A stretch of 64,000 bases of DNA from a virus. Location: IMG/VR virus record IMGVR_UViG_3300044675_001548, positions 1-64,000 of that record; one strand, written 5' to 3'. Below, one piece after another: positions 46,189 through 54,484 of this stretch; within the stretch, counting starts at the first letter, position 1, and every line of letters begins with the position of its first letter. The notes under the pieces are model-generated. The model ran no database searches, was not told the DNA's origin, and saw only the letters and a program-made list of their open reading frames with translations. Position numbers and translations under genes: made by a program.

Positions 46189-46645
46189 GTCTTTTCATTT
46201 TGTTATCACAGCTTATGGAAACATCTTTCTACTGAATTGGGTATTTAACCACAATCCAGTAGAAAAAGGCTTTGGCCTTTGGTCATCAGTCTACGGTCAT
46301 ACAGCCTATTCACAGTTAGTGCATACCGGTCATAGGAGGATACCTGAATTATGTGTAGCAAATGTAATTTTGTGGTAAATATTTTTAGGATAAGTGTGCA
46401 TGAAAGTGGGTGTGAGTAATAAACACTCCATCAATATTTGGTCATGACCTTGGTCACAGAATCAGTCAACAGCCTCATACAATATAGTATATATGGCTAT
46501 TACAATAACCATACTACACACACTCTTAGTCTTACACTTATCATTACTACTACTATATATATTAGTATTAGTTAGTGTTAGACAGCAATATCTTCCGGAA
46601 TTAGTTTTCCGCCACTATATATGATTATTAACCTGATTAAAACTT

Positions 46646-46960
46646 ATGATGATGAACTATCAATTAGAACAACTTAAACAATCTCATAGACCAGAGAATA
46701 AAAGGTTTAATGGTAAACTCAATGAAAGAAGTAGCACATATGAAACTAGAAAAAGAACTAGACCATGGGATAACTGTTGGTTTAGTAATAAACCACATAT
46801 TATTAATCTTACTGTAGAAGAAGCAGTAAATAAGTATCCGGATTATATTCTGTGGTGCTATAAAAACTTAAGTATTAAATGGTCTACACATACAGTAAGA
46901 TTAATTGAAAGTAAGGTTAAAAGACCTGTGTACAATACTACTATTGTTACTATGGGTTAA
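46646..46960 (+). CDS. Hypothetical protein with exonuclease-X-C-terminal-like motif
   Basis: LTVEEAVNKYPDYILWC. Confidence 0.6.
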   Translation: MMMNYQLEQLKQSHRPENKRFNGKLNERSSTYETRKRTRPWDNCWFSNKPHIINLTVEEAVNKYPDYILWCYKNLSIKWSTHTVRLIESKVKRPVYNTTIVTMG

Positions 46961-46969
46961 TTTATATTA

Positions 46970-47757
46970 CCACAAGGTTTCAGGCATAACCTCTCATTCT
47001 GTAAAGCAGAGGTTGACTTGTGGTTTATTTACTCTCATCCAAGCAGGTATTGTGAGGGTACTAAATTGACTATTAGTCCAAAGGATATTATGTTGAAGCA
47101 TAGATTTGCATTAGACAGCTGACTGATTAAACTAATAGTTAATTTATTATTTACTCTCATCCAATTGCAGGAAGGAATCTTTTCCAACCTTAGAGAAAAG
47201 AGATGACAAAACACTTGACAATAATCCTTATGGTGAGAATAGTAGTGTTCAAGGGTTGCAACCTTGTGAGAGTACAAAGAATGCTTCAGCAATTAATATA
47301 TTATTTAATTGGTTATAAATAAAAAAGCATTCTGCAAATGAAAGGCTACTACAGCAATATTTACTTTATAGGAAATAAGTTAATAGTAGCCTGGTTAATG
47401 CACCATTCCTGATTCCCAAGGTCAGGCAGTTGTGATAACACTAATAACCACTCTTGAAACTAGAGATAAAATAGCTTAGACTAAGGGTTATATACACTTT
47501 CAATGTAGTGTAGTAGTATTATTACAACTGAGTGCAGAGGGGCCAAAAATATTGGTGTGAAGAATACTTCAGCACAAAATCTATAAACTACAATCAGAAC
47601 AAGGTTCTCTTATGAGAACTTAACCAGGGAAGGTGTCTGTGTCTAAGTAATTAGGCAGGTTTTTAGATAGTATTCTGTTATGCACCAAGGACCTGCCTTC
47701 CGAAAGGGGGCAGGTACCTTCCCACAATTAATTAGTAACCAATTAAATTTATATATT
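46970..47757 (+). ncRNA. Large structured ncRNA or ncRNA array upstream of the DUF2828 gene
   Basis: About 790 nt without a credible ORF; stems at 46970-47023, 47030-47060, 47152-47274 (tRNA-shaped), 47278-47334, 47343-47393, 47427-47530, 47552-47688, 47691-47715. Confidence 0.65.
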
Positions 47758-49143
47758 ATGTCTAGATTAGTCAATGCAACAAGACAGTATGATGCTTCAA
47801 CTGCTAATGGAGCTGTCACACATTCAACTAGTTTGAATTACTGTTTGGATTTGTTTTTCTTAGCAGGGGCAAGTAGAAATATGTCAGAGTCTGATATTAT
47901 ACTTGCTTTTGACCGTGCACGTGGTCAGAATAAGAACTTGGCATACAAGATTCTGTTCTGGGCGCGTGATGCAAGAGGTGGTGCAGGTGAGAAGAGATTC
48001 TTCCAAGTGGTTATGGAACATATTAGTAAGATTGATTCTTATGATTATGATCAATTAGCCATACATATACCTGAGTTTGGGTATTGGAAGGATGTATTCA
48101 AGATTGAAAAACCAAATGAGAACAATCTCAATTGGTTGGCTATTCAACTTGAAGAATCACCTAATGCTAACCTCTTAGCTAAATGGTTTCCGAGAAAAGG
48201 TCAGTGGTTTTCAGCCATGCACAAGTATCTTAAACTAACTCCAAAAGAGTTTAGAAAGAAAATTGTGGGTATGACCAAAGTAGTGGAAACTCAAATGTGT
48301 GCCAATGAATGGGATTTGATCAATTATGGTCAAGTGCCTTCAGTTGCTATGAACAAGCATAGACAAGCATTCTTTAACCGTGATGGTAAAAGATATGCAG
48401 AGTATATTGCTGATGTTCAGGCTGGTAAGCAGAAGATCAATGCTTCAGTATTATTTCCTCACCAACTGTATCAAGCAGTTTGCAATGGGGAGTATATTGA
48501 TGCTGTAGAAGCTCAGTGGGATGCTTTGCCTGATTACATGGCTGGTAGCACAGAAAGGATTATTCCTGTATGTGATGTCAGTGGTAGTATGACAGGGCTT
48601 CCTATGGATGTATCTATTTCTTTGGGGATTTATATCTCTGAAAGAAACCAAGGTATATTCAAGGATGCATTCATAACTTTCTCAGAGAGACCTGAGATGA
48701 ATTACTTAAAAGGTAGTTTGTCTGAGAGAATGAGACAGTTGATAAATGCTAGCTGGGGTTATTCTACAGATCTTCAAGCCACATTTGACTTGATTCTTAA
48801 CAGTGCTGTTAGAGAATCATTACCAGAGTCTGAGATGCCTACTAAAATTCTTATCATTAGTGATATGGAATTTAATAGTGCATGTCAAGGTGTTAGCAAC
48901 CTAGATTCTATTAGGGCAAAGTATTCTGATGCAGGATACAAAATGCCTGAAATAGTATTTTGGAATGTTAACGGTAGACTTGGTAATGTTCCTGCATCTA
49001 GTAAAGATTCAGGCATTGGCTTGGTATCAGGCTTCAGTCCTTCAATTTTGAAGGCAGTATTGCAAGGTGAGATTTATTCTCCTGAGCAATTGATGCTTGA
49101 TGCTGTGGACACTGCACGGTATTCCTGTATTGGAGTTGAATAA
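47758..49143 (+). CDS. DUF2828-family TROVE/Ro60-like protein with C-terminal vWA domain, 461 aa (start moved to MSRLV)
   Basis: LDLFF..GASR, WARDARGGAGE, IPEFGYWKD, AKWFPR, VETQM, VPSVAM, MIDAS DVSGSM, TFS..P, WG.STD, IISDMEF, IVFWN. Confidence 0.85.
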   Translation: MSRLVNATRQYDASTANGAVTHSTSLNYCLDLFFLAGASRNMSESDIILAFDRARGQNKNLAYKILFWARDARGGAGEKRFFQVVMEHISKIDSYDYDQLAIHIPEFGYWKDVFKIEKPNENNLNWLAIQLEESPNANLLAKWFPRKGQWFSAMHKYLKLTPKEFRKKIVGMTKVVETQMCANEWDLINYGQVPSVAMNKHRQAFFNRDGKRYAEYIADVQAGKQKINASVLFPHQLYQAVCNGEYIDAVEAQWDALPDYMAGSTERIIPVCDVSGSMTGLPMDVSISLGIYISERNQGIFKDAFITFSERPEMNYLKGSLSERMRQLINASWGYSTDLQATFDLILNSAVRESLPESEMPTKILIISDMEFNSACQGVSNLDSIRAKYSDAGYKMPEIVFWNVNGRLGNVPASSKDSGIGLVSGFSPSILKAVLQGEIYSPEQLMLDAVDTARYSCIGVE

Positions 49144-49219
49144 GATTCGGAGGTTGGTGACACCTTGGCAACAGAAGTCACCATTTTTCTTTATTTAGTA
49201 ACTTATAAAAACAAAAAAT

Positions 49220-49450
49220 ATGAATGCAACTATGATTAACAACAGAGAGTTTGTAGAAACTCAACACTACTTTAGCTCACAAATCAACAGTAAGCTAATT
49301 AGGGCAACAGAGAAGTATTATGGTATTCCATTAAATACTTCTGAAAAACTAGCTTTAACTTCCATGGAGTTAAATGATAAGATATGGTTACTTCAAGAGT
49401 ATGAGAAAGAGGAAACATATCCACCTGCAGATTTGGATAATATTTATTAA
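49220..49450 (+). CDS. Hypothetical protein, 76 aa
   Basis: ORF track. Confidence 0.6.
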   Translation: MNATMINNREFVETQHYFSSQINSKLIRATEKYYGIPLNTSEKLALTSMELNDKIWLLQEYEKEETYPPADLDNIY

Positions 49451-49466
49451 TTAATTAACTTACAGT

Positions 49467-49598
49467 ATGAAAACAATATCAGCAGTAGTTGTATGGTTTG
49501 CAGTAATTACTACAATAGCAGTATTATTTGCTAGTTGTGGTACAAGCGGCCATGCATGTGATGCCTATGGTCAGGTAGACACAGAAGAAAGAATTTAG
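49467..49598 (+). CDS. Small lipoprotein, 43 aa (not in track)
   Basis: MKTISAVVVWFAVITTIAVLFASC-GTSGHACDAYG; lipobox FASC. Confidence 0.65.
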   Translation: MKTISAVVVWFAVITTIAVLFASCGTSGHACDAYGQVDTEERI

Positions 49599-49635
49599 TA
49601 TCTAAGGTACTAAGAGTTATAGGAGCCGGGGAAAC

Positions 49636-49923
49636 TTGGCTCCTTTTGTATTATTAAATCTTATGATTATGAGTAGACTAGAAGAACTAGAACAAGAAAG
49701 GGCAAGATGCCAACAAGAATTAGAAGAGCTCCATATTTATGAGCCAAATGAAGAGTGGTACAAAACAAAAAGACATGAGCTAGAATATACTATAGCTTGT
49801 ATTGAGGATTGTATTGAAGATGAGAAAGATTCAATAAGAGAAAACAACAATGTGAGTGCTGCATTTCTTGTGGTACTATACACAATGGTTGTATTAGGTT
49901 TAACAATTTTAATATTTATGTAA
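49636..49923 (+). CDS. Coiled-coil protein with C-terminal TM (real start probably a downstream ATG)
   Basis: ORF track. Confidence 0.6.
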   Translation: MAPFVLLNLMIMSRLEELEQERARCQQELEELHIYEPNEEWYKTKRHELEYTIACIEDCIEDEKDSIRENNNVSAAFLVVLYTMVVLGLTILIFM

Positions 49924-49924
49924 G

Positions 49925-50197
49925 ATGAAAAAGTTATTTATGATTGTGGCACTTATGATTGCCGGAGCTGGTTACTCCCAAAACTTACCAAAAAATTTAA
50001 CAAGGTCTGAGAAGAAATTTGTTAAGAATGTAATTGAGCTTACAAATGATGTCTTAGTAGGTGTAACTAAAAGAAATGATGGTATCATAGTAGTAGAGTT
50101 TTGGAACACTATGTACACCCTTAATGATCTAGGTTACATTGATGAGATGTGGATTTTAGAAGATGAGGATTGGATAGCATTAGGTAGAGAGTATTAA
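49925..50197 (+). CDS. Signal-peptide protein, 90 aa
   Basis: MKKLFMIVALMIAGAGYSQ. Confidence 0.7.
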   Translation: MKKLFMIVALMIAGAGYSQNLPKNLTRSEKKFVKNVIELTNDVLVGVTKRNDGIIVVEFWNTMYTLNDLGYIDEMWILEDEDWIALGREY

Positions 50198-50212
50198 TTA
50201 AAATTTGTAATT

Positions 50213-50542
50213 ATGAACTGGTTAGGAAAATTGTTCAAGAAGAAAGAAAAGAGTTACAACACTGATGTTAAGTATAAGCTACTTATCATTGATGATGAAG
50301 CTGAGCTGATTCATAAGAATCTGGGTATCAATGATGTAAGAGCAGAAGTACTATTAACTGCCTGTTTAGAGGCTTTTGAGAGTAGTAAACGTGTGCATGT
50401 TGCAATGGAAAAGGTTGTTGACATATGCACTCATACTAATGAAGTAGTCTTTGCTACTCTCATGATGGCTAAGGTTATTGAGAAGAATGAGTCACATGAA
50501 AGAATTCATAATATGCTCAAAAACATGTTTGGCAATGGATAA
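50213..50542 (+). CDS. Hypothetical protein, 109 aa
   Basis: ORF track. Confidence 0.7.
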   Translation: MNWLGKLFKKKEKSYNTDVKYKLLIIDDEAELIHKNLGINDVRAEVLLTACLEAFESSKRVHVAMEKVVDICTHTNEVVFATLMMAKVIEKNESHERIHNMLKNMFGNG

Positions 50543-50747
50543 GACACTAATTACCTCTGTCTTAGGATTTGATTTTAAGGCAGAGATAGTTGATCTTAAC
50601 GGTGAAGCTATTAGAACAGGTTGTAAAGGATGTATTAATCCAAGAAAGAAATCTAGAATTAAGTCTAGAATACTGGATAAAAAGTTCTTTACAAACTATA
50701 ATGAAGCTCTGTTAGCTAAAATAAGGGATTTAAGGAGTAATATTTAG
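50535..50747 (+). CDS. Hypothetical protein (start moved to MDKTL)
   Basis: ORF track; ATG at 50535. Confidence 0.6.
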   Translation: MDKTLITSVLGFDFKAEIVDLNGEAIRTGCKGCINPRKKSRIKSRILDKKFFTNYNEALLAKIRDLRSNI

Positions 50748-50751
50748 CATT

Positions 50752-51171
50752 ATGAAAATATCTGTAAACTATGATGATACTGATGTAGCAAAAGCACTCA
50801 GTAAGATCATCAAAGATCCAAATTCTGAAGAGTTTGTCAAGTTACTTACTCCTATGTTATGTGGTACTAGTTATGGTACCGATCATTTCTTCAAGCTTAT
50901 GATTGGTAATAAGTTGCCGGACATTATACCCATTGGTACACTATGCAGAATGGATGTGCTTAATGTTGGATATGGTATAGATAAAGAACTTACTAGACAA
51001 AAGTTTGCAGATCAAGATGACAAAATTGTAGTGACTATAAAAGAGTTTAGAGGTTATCATGAATACAGCCCATATATTGTAGAATATACAGGAGTTGTAG
51101 GTACTGGAACCACTAAACTTGATACTGTTTACCTTAGAGAAGATCAACTAGAAATTATAGAAGAGTTTTAA
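50752..51171 (+). CDS. Hypothetical protein, 139 aa
   Basis: ORF track. Confidence 0.7.
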   Translation: MKISVNYDDTDVAKALSKIIKDPNSEEFVKLLTPMLCGTSYGTDHFFKLMIGNKLPDIIPIGTLCRMDVLNVGYGIDKELTRQKFADQDDKIVVTIKEFRGYHEYSPYIVEYTGVVGTGTTKLDTVYLREDQLEIIEEF

Positions 51172-51324
51172 GAAGTGTATTCTGTGAATATGCTTTTCCT
51201 GACCAAAATGACATGGGAGGTAGCAATATCTCCCTTTTCATTGTTTAGCTATATAATGCTAAATTTTATTGGTTTAAACTTTTAACTGTTGGGATAAATA
51301 GATTACATTTACTAGCATAATTTT

Positions 51325-51603
51325 ATGCCGGTAATGCAATATCAGCTCCCAAATGGGAAAGTAGTCAATCTCTCAATAGAGGAATATCTTGATCTTACAG
51401 ATGAAGATGTGCAGTACCTTATGTCTCTAGACTATGGAGAACATATCTTAGATCCATTTACAGGATCAGCAGTAGAGAAAAACAAACAAGAAAAATATTA
51501 TGACTTTGATTATCTAATAGATGATGAAAGTGATGATGATGTGATATCAGATGATGACCCATTTGATGATATCATAGACTTAACGGGCCCACTGGATATA
51601 TAA
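51325..51603 (+). CDS. Acidic protein, 92 aa
   Basis: ORF track; D/E-rich tail. Confidence 0.7.
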   Translation: MPVMQYQLPNGKVVNLSIEEYLDLTDEDVQYLMSLDYGEHILDPFTGSAVEKNKQEKYYDFDYLIDDESDDDVISDDDPFDDIIDLTGPLDI

Positions 51604-51626
51604 TACCTGAATTGCAATAAGGTATT

Positions 51627-51642
51627 AACAACTTATCACTTA
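51627..51642 (+). promoter_or_regulatory. Twelfth copy of the early motif (AACAACTT-ATC-ACTTA)
   Basis: Preceded by hairpin TAATACCT/AGGTATTA; upstream of 51723..52211. Confidence 0.6.
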
Positions 51643-51722
51643 GCATGAGTAACTAATGATATAGTAAAAATCTACTCAAAACAATCAATTATTTATTTAT
51701 TTATTTTTTAAAACTTAATGTT

Positions 51723-52211
51723 ATGAACACAAGTAAAGTTAAAGTTGTAGCTGATGCTACTACAGGTGCAGTTATTAATTTATCAGCAAATCCTCTTTAT
51801 GGATATGTAAAATTAGAACAAAAAAGATCAATTGTAGATGACAATGGATTCTTGCGTGTGAAACCGGTTAGTACTTTATTACATAGTACTGTTGCTGAGC
51901 TTGAAGCTGCTGGTTTTTACAAAGGACAGGAGTTAACTGGTCAAATTGTGATCCAAGAGCGTCTTACACCATTTAATGAGAAAGCACCACAAAAGGATCT
52001 TAAGATTGCCGGTTCAACAGGTATTGTATGTACCTTAGAAGGACAACCTATTTACCGTAGAACTTTGTATACTGCAGTATCTAATGCAACTGACACATTA
52101 ATCAAACATGATAATGTTGAGCAATTGCGTAATGCTTATGCAGCACAATCTGGAAAATCTAGTGCTATAGAAAATGCACGTCCAGCTGGAGACTTGTCTA
52201 TTGAAGGATAG
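51723..52211 (+). CDS. Abundant early protein, possibly ssDNA-binding, 162 aa
   Basis: Beta-rich; own motif copy and terminator; function is inferred only. Confidence 0.4.
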   Translation: MNTSKVKVVADATTGAVINLSANPLYGYVKLEQKRSIVDDNGFLRVKPVSTLLHSTVAELEAAGFYKGQELTGQIVIQERLTPFNEKAPQKDLKIAGSTGIVCTLEGQPIYRRTLYTAVSNATDTLIKHDNVEQLRNAYAAQSGKSSAIENARPAGDLSIEG

Positions 52212-52231
52212 TCTAAGCTATTAGTTAATAT

Positions 52232-52260
52232 GAGAGGGGTAGAAATATCCCTCTCTTTTT
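52232..52260 (+). terminator. Intrinsic terminator
   Basis: GAGAGGGGT-AGAAAT-ATCCCTCTC followed by T5. Confidence 0.85.
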
Positions 52261-52274
52261 ATTTATGATTAAAA

Positions 52275-52769
52275 ATGTATAAAATGGAAAAGTTAAAACA
52301 GGAAATTAAAAATTATCAGTTAAATGCAGGCAAAACTTATATGCAGTATGAGACTGACAGATATTCACAGTATCAAAATTATTTGTACAAGAGAGCACTT
52401 TATGGTCTAAATGCTCTTTCTGAACAAGAACTGGCTACAATGTGTAGTAAAAAGAAACAGAGAATTGTTAATGTTTATAAGAGAGCTCAAGTAGTGATCA
52501 ATAAACTTAAACAGGAGTTTACTATAAGATATACTAATTTTATCTTCAAGACTTTGTTTCCAAATAGCCCTCTAACTGACTCATTACTAGCATGTACTGA
52601 GTTTGATGAGAAGTTTAAAAATACTTTAACTTTTAAAGATTTAAACATCTCAAAAGAGGATATTATCAGTATCTTTATCACTGAAGGTATCTTACCTAAA
52701 AACTTTTTAAGTTTAGATAAGAATCCAAATAAATTACCAAGATTAAAGCATGAAGTTAAAAGTATGTGA
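52275..52769 (+). CDS. Hypothetical protein, 164 aa
   Basis: ORF track. Confidence 0.7.
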   Translation: MYKMEKLKQEIKNYQLNAGKTYMQYETDRYSQYQNYLYKRALYGLNALSEQELATMCSKKKQRIVNVYKRAQVVINKLKQEFTIRYTNFIFKTLFPNSPLTDSLLACTEFDEKFKNTLTFKDLNISKEDIISIFITEGILPKNFLSLDKNPNKLPRLKHEVKSM

Positions 52770-53154
52770 TGGGTGTGGAAAAGAAAAACCCATCTGGAAA
52801 AGTAGTGGAACCGGGGGACTAAAATTATGCAAACAATGCTGGAGTTGCCACAAAAGCGGAGAAAATACACAGAAACCAACAAGTTCTGAAATCCCCCGTG
52901 TCTCCGCTAAAAGGGCAAAGAAAGATGCTGAGTATAGCAAACTAAGACAGAGATATCTTACAGAGAATCCTCTATGTATGATCAAAGTTAAAGGCTGTAC
53001 TCACTTTGCTACAGATGTGCACCACACTTTTAATGGAGCTAACAGAGATGCATTTTATTTAGTTCAAAGTACATTTTTAGCTGTGTGTCGTAACTGCCAT
53101 TCTTGGGTGCATTTGAACCCAGAAAAGGCAAGAATACTAGGATATTTAAAATAG
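52750..53154 (+). CDS. HNH endonuclease with N-terminal Zn ribbon
   Basis: CDGC...CKQC; LC...C...ATDVHH...LAVCRNCHSWVH. Confidence 0.8.
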   Translation: MKLKVCDGCGKEKPIWKSSGTGGLKLCKQCWSCHKSGENTQKPTSSEIPRVSAKRAKKDAEYSKLRQRYLTENPLCMIKVKGCTHFATDVHHTFNGANRDAFYLVQSTFLAVCRNCHSWVHLNPEKARILGYLK

Positions 53155-53155
53155 T

Positions 53156-53186
53156 TTGCTATTATGTAATAATTGTCATATATTTG
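53156..53186 (+). promoter_or_regulatory. Bacteroidota sigma-A-type promoter
   Basis: TTG (53156-58), 20-nt spacer, TATATTTG (53179-86) match the -33/-7 consensus. Confidence 0.7.
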
Positions 53187-53198
53187 TAAAAAAATGTT

Positions 53199-53957
53199 AT
53201 GAGAAGTTATTATGTATATATCCATGTTAGAACTGATATAAATGAAGTTTTTTATGTTGGAATGTCTTTAATTAGTAAAGAGGGATTAATTTATTCAAGA
53301 GCATATAGATCTGCTTTTGAAAAAAGAAAAACAGCTTGGCATAATTATGCAAGAATATGTCCATATAATGTTAAGATTGTAAAAGATAAACTTACTAAAG
53401 AAGAAGCTTTTAAATTAGAAATGAAGCTTATTAAAAAGTATGGTAGAAAAGATCTTAATACTGGAACTTTAATAAATCAGTGTGATGGAGGTGCAGGATT
53501 AAAGAATCCAGGTCCCCAGTTGAAAAAAAAGATACAACATTCCAAAAAGCATTTATCCCATGTTTATAAACAAGCTCAAAAACCATACAGTATTTCAGTA
53601 ACTGCATATGATAAAGACGGAAACTTTGTTAAAACATATAGTAGTATAAATGATGCATGTAAAGATGTAGATTGTTTACATGCTGATATTACAAGAGCTA
53701 TTAATGGTAGGAGACACTTAATTGCAGGTTTTCAATGGAGAAAATATGAAATTAAAGTTGGTATAGGTAAAGTACCTGAAAAGAAAAAAGCTAATAAACA
53801 AGTAGCTCAATATTCACATGAATCTTCTACTCCGTTGAGAATTTGGGAAAGTGCTTCTGAAGCAGCTAGAGAATTAAATATATCTAGAACAGGTATTAAC
53901 AACTGTTTAAGACAAAAGAGCTATACAAGTGCTGGGTATATTTGGAAATTTATTTAA
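53199..53957 (+). mobile_element. Free-standing GIY-YIG homing endonuclease with two NUMOD1 domains
   Basis: YYVYIH...FYVG, E..LI..Y...L.N...GG; repeats VTAYDKDG...AGFQWR and VAQYS...AGYIWK. Confidence 0.8.
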
Positions 53958-53976
53958 CCTTTAACAAATAATAAAA

Positions 53977-54390
53977 ATGACAAAAGAATTTGTACCGTAT
54001 GAATTAGCTTCAAGAATGAAGAAAATTGGATTTGATGAAGAATGTATTGCATATTACCAAAAATCAGCTGTAATTGGAAATGATAATATACTACCTATTA
54101 GTTTTACAAACATGGCATCTGATTTTAATGATTATGAATATTCAAAATTAGGTGTACCATTTTACTCAGCACCAACTTGGCAACAAGCATTTAGATGGTT
54201 TAGAGAGAAGTATAAAATACATCACAGGGTAGATATTCAAGACCTTTCCGAAAATCTTTACGATTATGAAATTCTTGAAGTTTTAGATGGATTTAATGAT
54301 ACCTACACAGGCTCATCATTTAAAAGCTATGAAGAAGCACAAACAGCCTGTCTAGCTAATTTAATTGAAATTGTAGAACAAAAAAAATGA
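53977..54390 (+). CDS. Conserved Bacteroidota-phage hypothetical protein
   Basis: FVPYELA..MKKIGFDE.C...APTWQQAFRWFREK...YEEA. Confidence 0.75.
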   Translation: MTKEFVPYELASRMKKIGFDEECIAYYQKSAVIGNDNILPISFTNMASDFNDYEYSKLGVPFYSAPTWQQAFRWFREKYKIHHRVDIQDLSENLYDYEILEVLDGFNDTYTGSSFKSYEEAQTACLANLIEIVEQKK

Positions 54391-54484
54391 GAATAGAATG
54401 AGATAAATAGTAGTAAAGTGCTAATCCAGCAGATGCTAGGACCATGGGATGGTTAAAATGATTTTATTAATGATTTAAAAATTT

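Larger units (their letters stand above)
43398..46235 (+). promoter_or_regulatory. Dispersed repeat AACA(T/A)CTT-N3-ACT(T)A, 11 copies; putative early phage promoter
   Basis: Copies start at 43398, 43609, 43736, 43887, 44274, 44580 (AGCATCTT), 44714, 45029, 45422 (N2), 45768, 46220. Most follow a terminator or T tract and precede a small gene or structured RNA. Confidence 0.75.

Noticed and set aside
43398-46235. CRISPR array from the dispersed repeats (with the Cas4-like nuclease at 30399)
   Set aside because: Repeats are degenerate 16-mers with irregular gene-sized spacing, and there is no cas operon. A solo PD-(D/E)XK nuclease is common in phages.
44738-47274. Calling the cloverleaf-like elements tRNA or tmRNA genes
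   Set aside because: No TTC T-loop, no D-stem, no clear 7-nt anticodon arm, no CCA and no tag ORF. Kept as tRNA-like ncRNA only. I found no canonical tRNA in the window.
44842-47292. Track ORFs 44842..45033 (-), 47035..47292 (-) and 46187..46378 (+)
   Set aside because: They are antisense to, or overlap, structured RNA, terminator and promoter elements, and lack typical leaders; likely chance ORFs.
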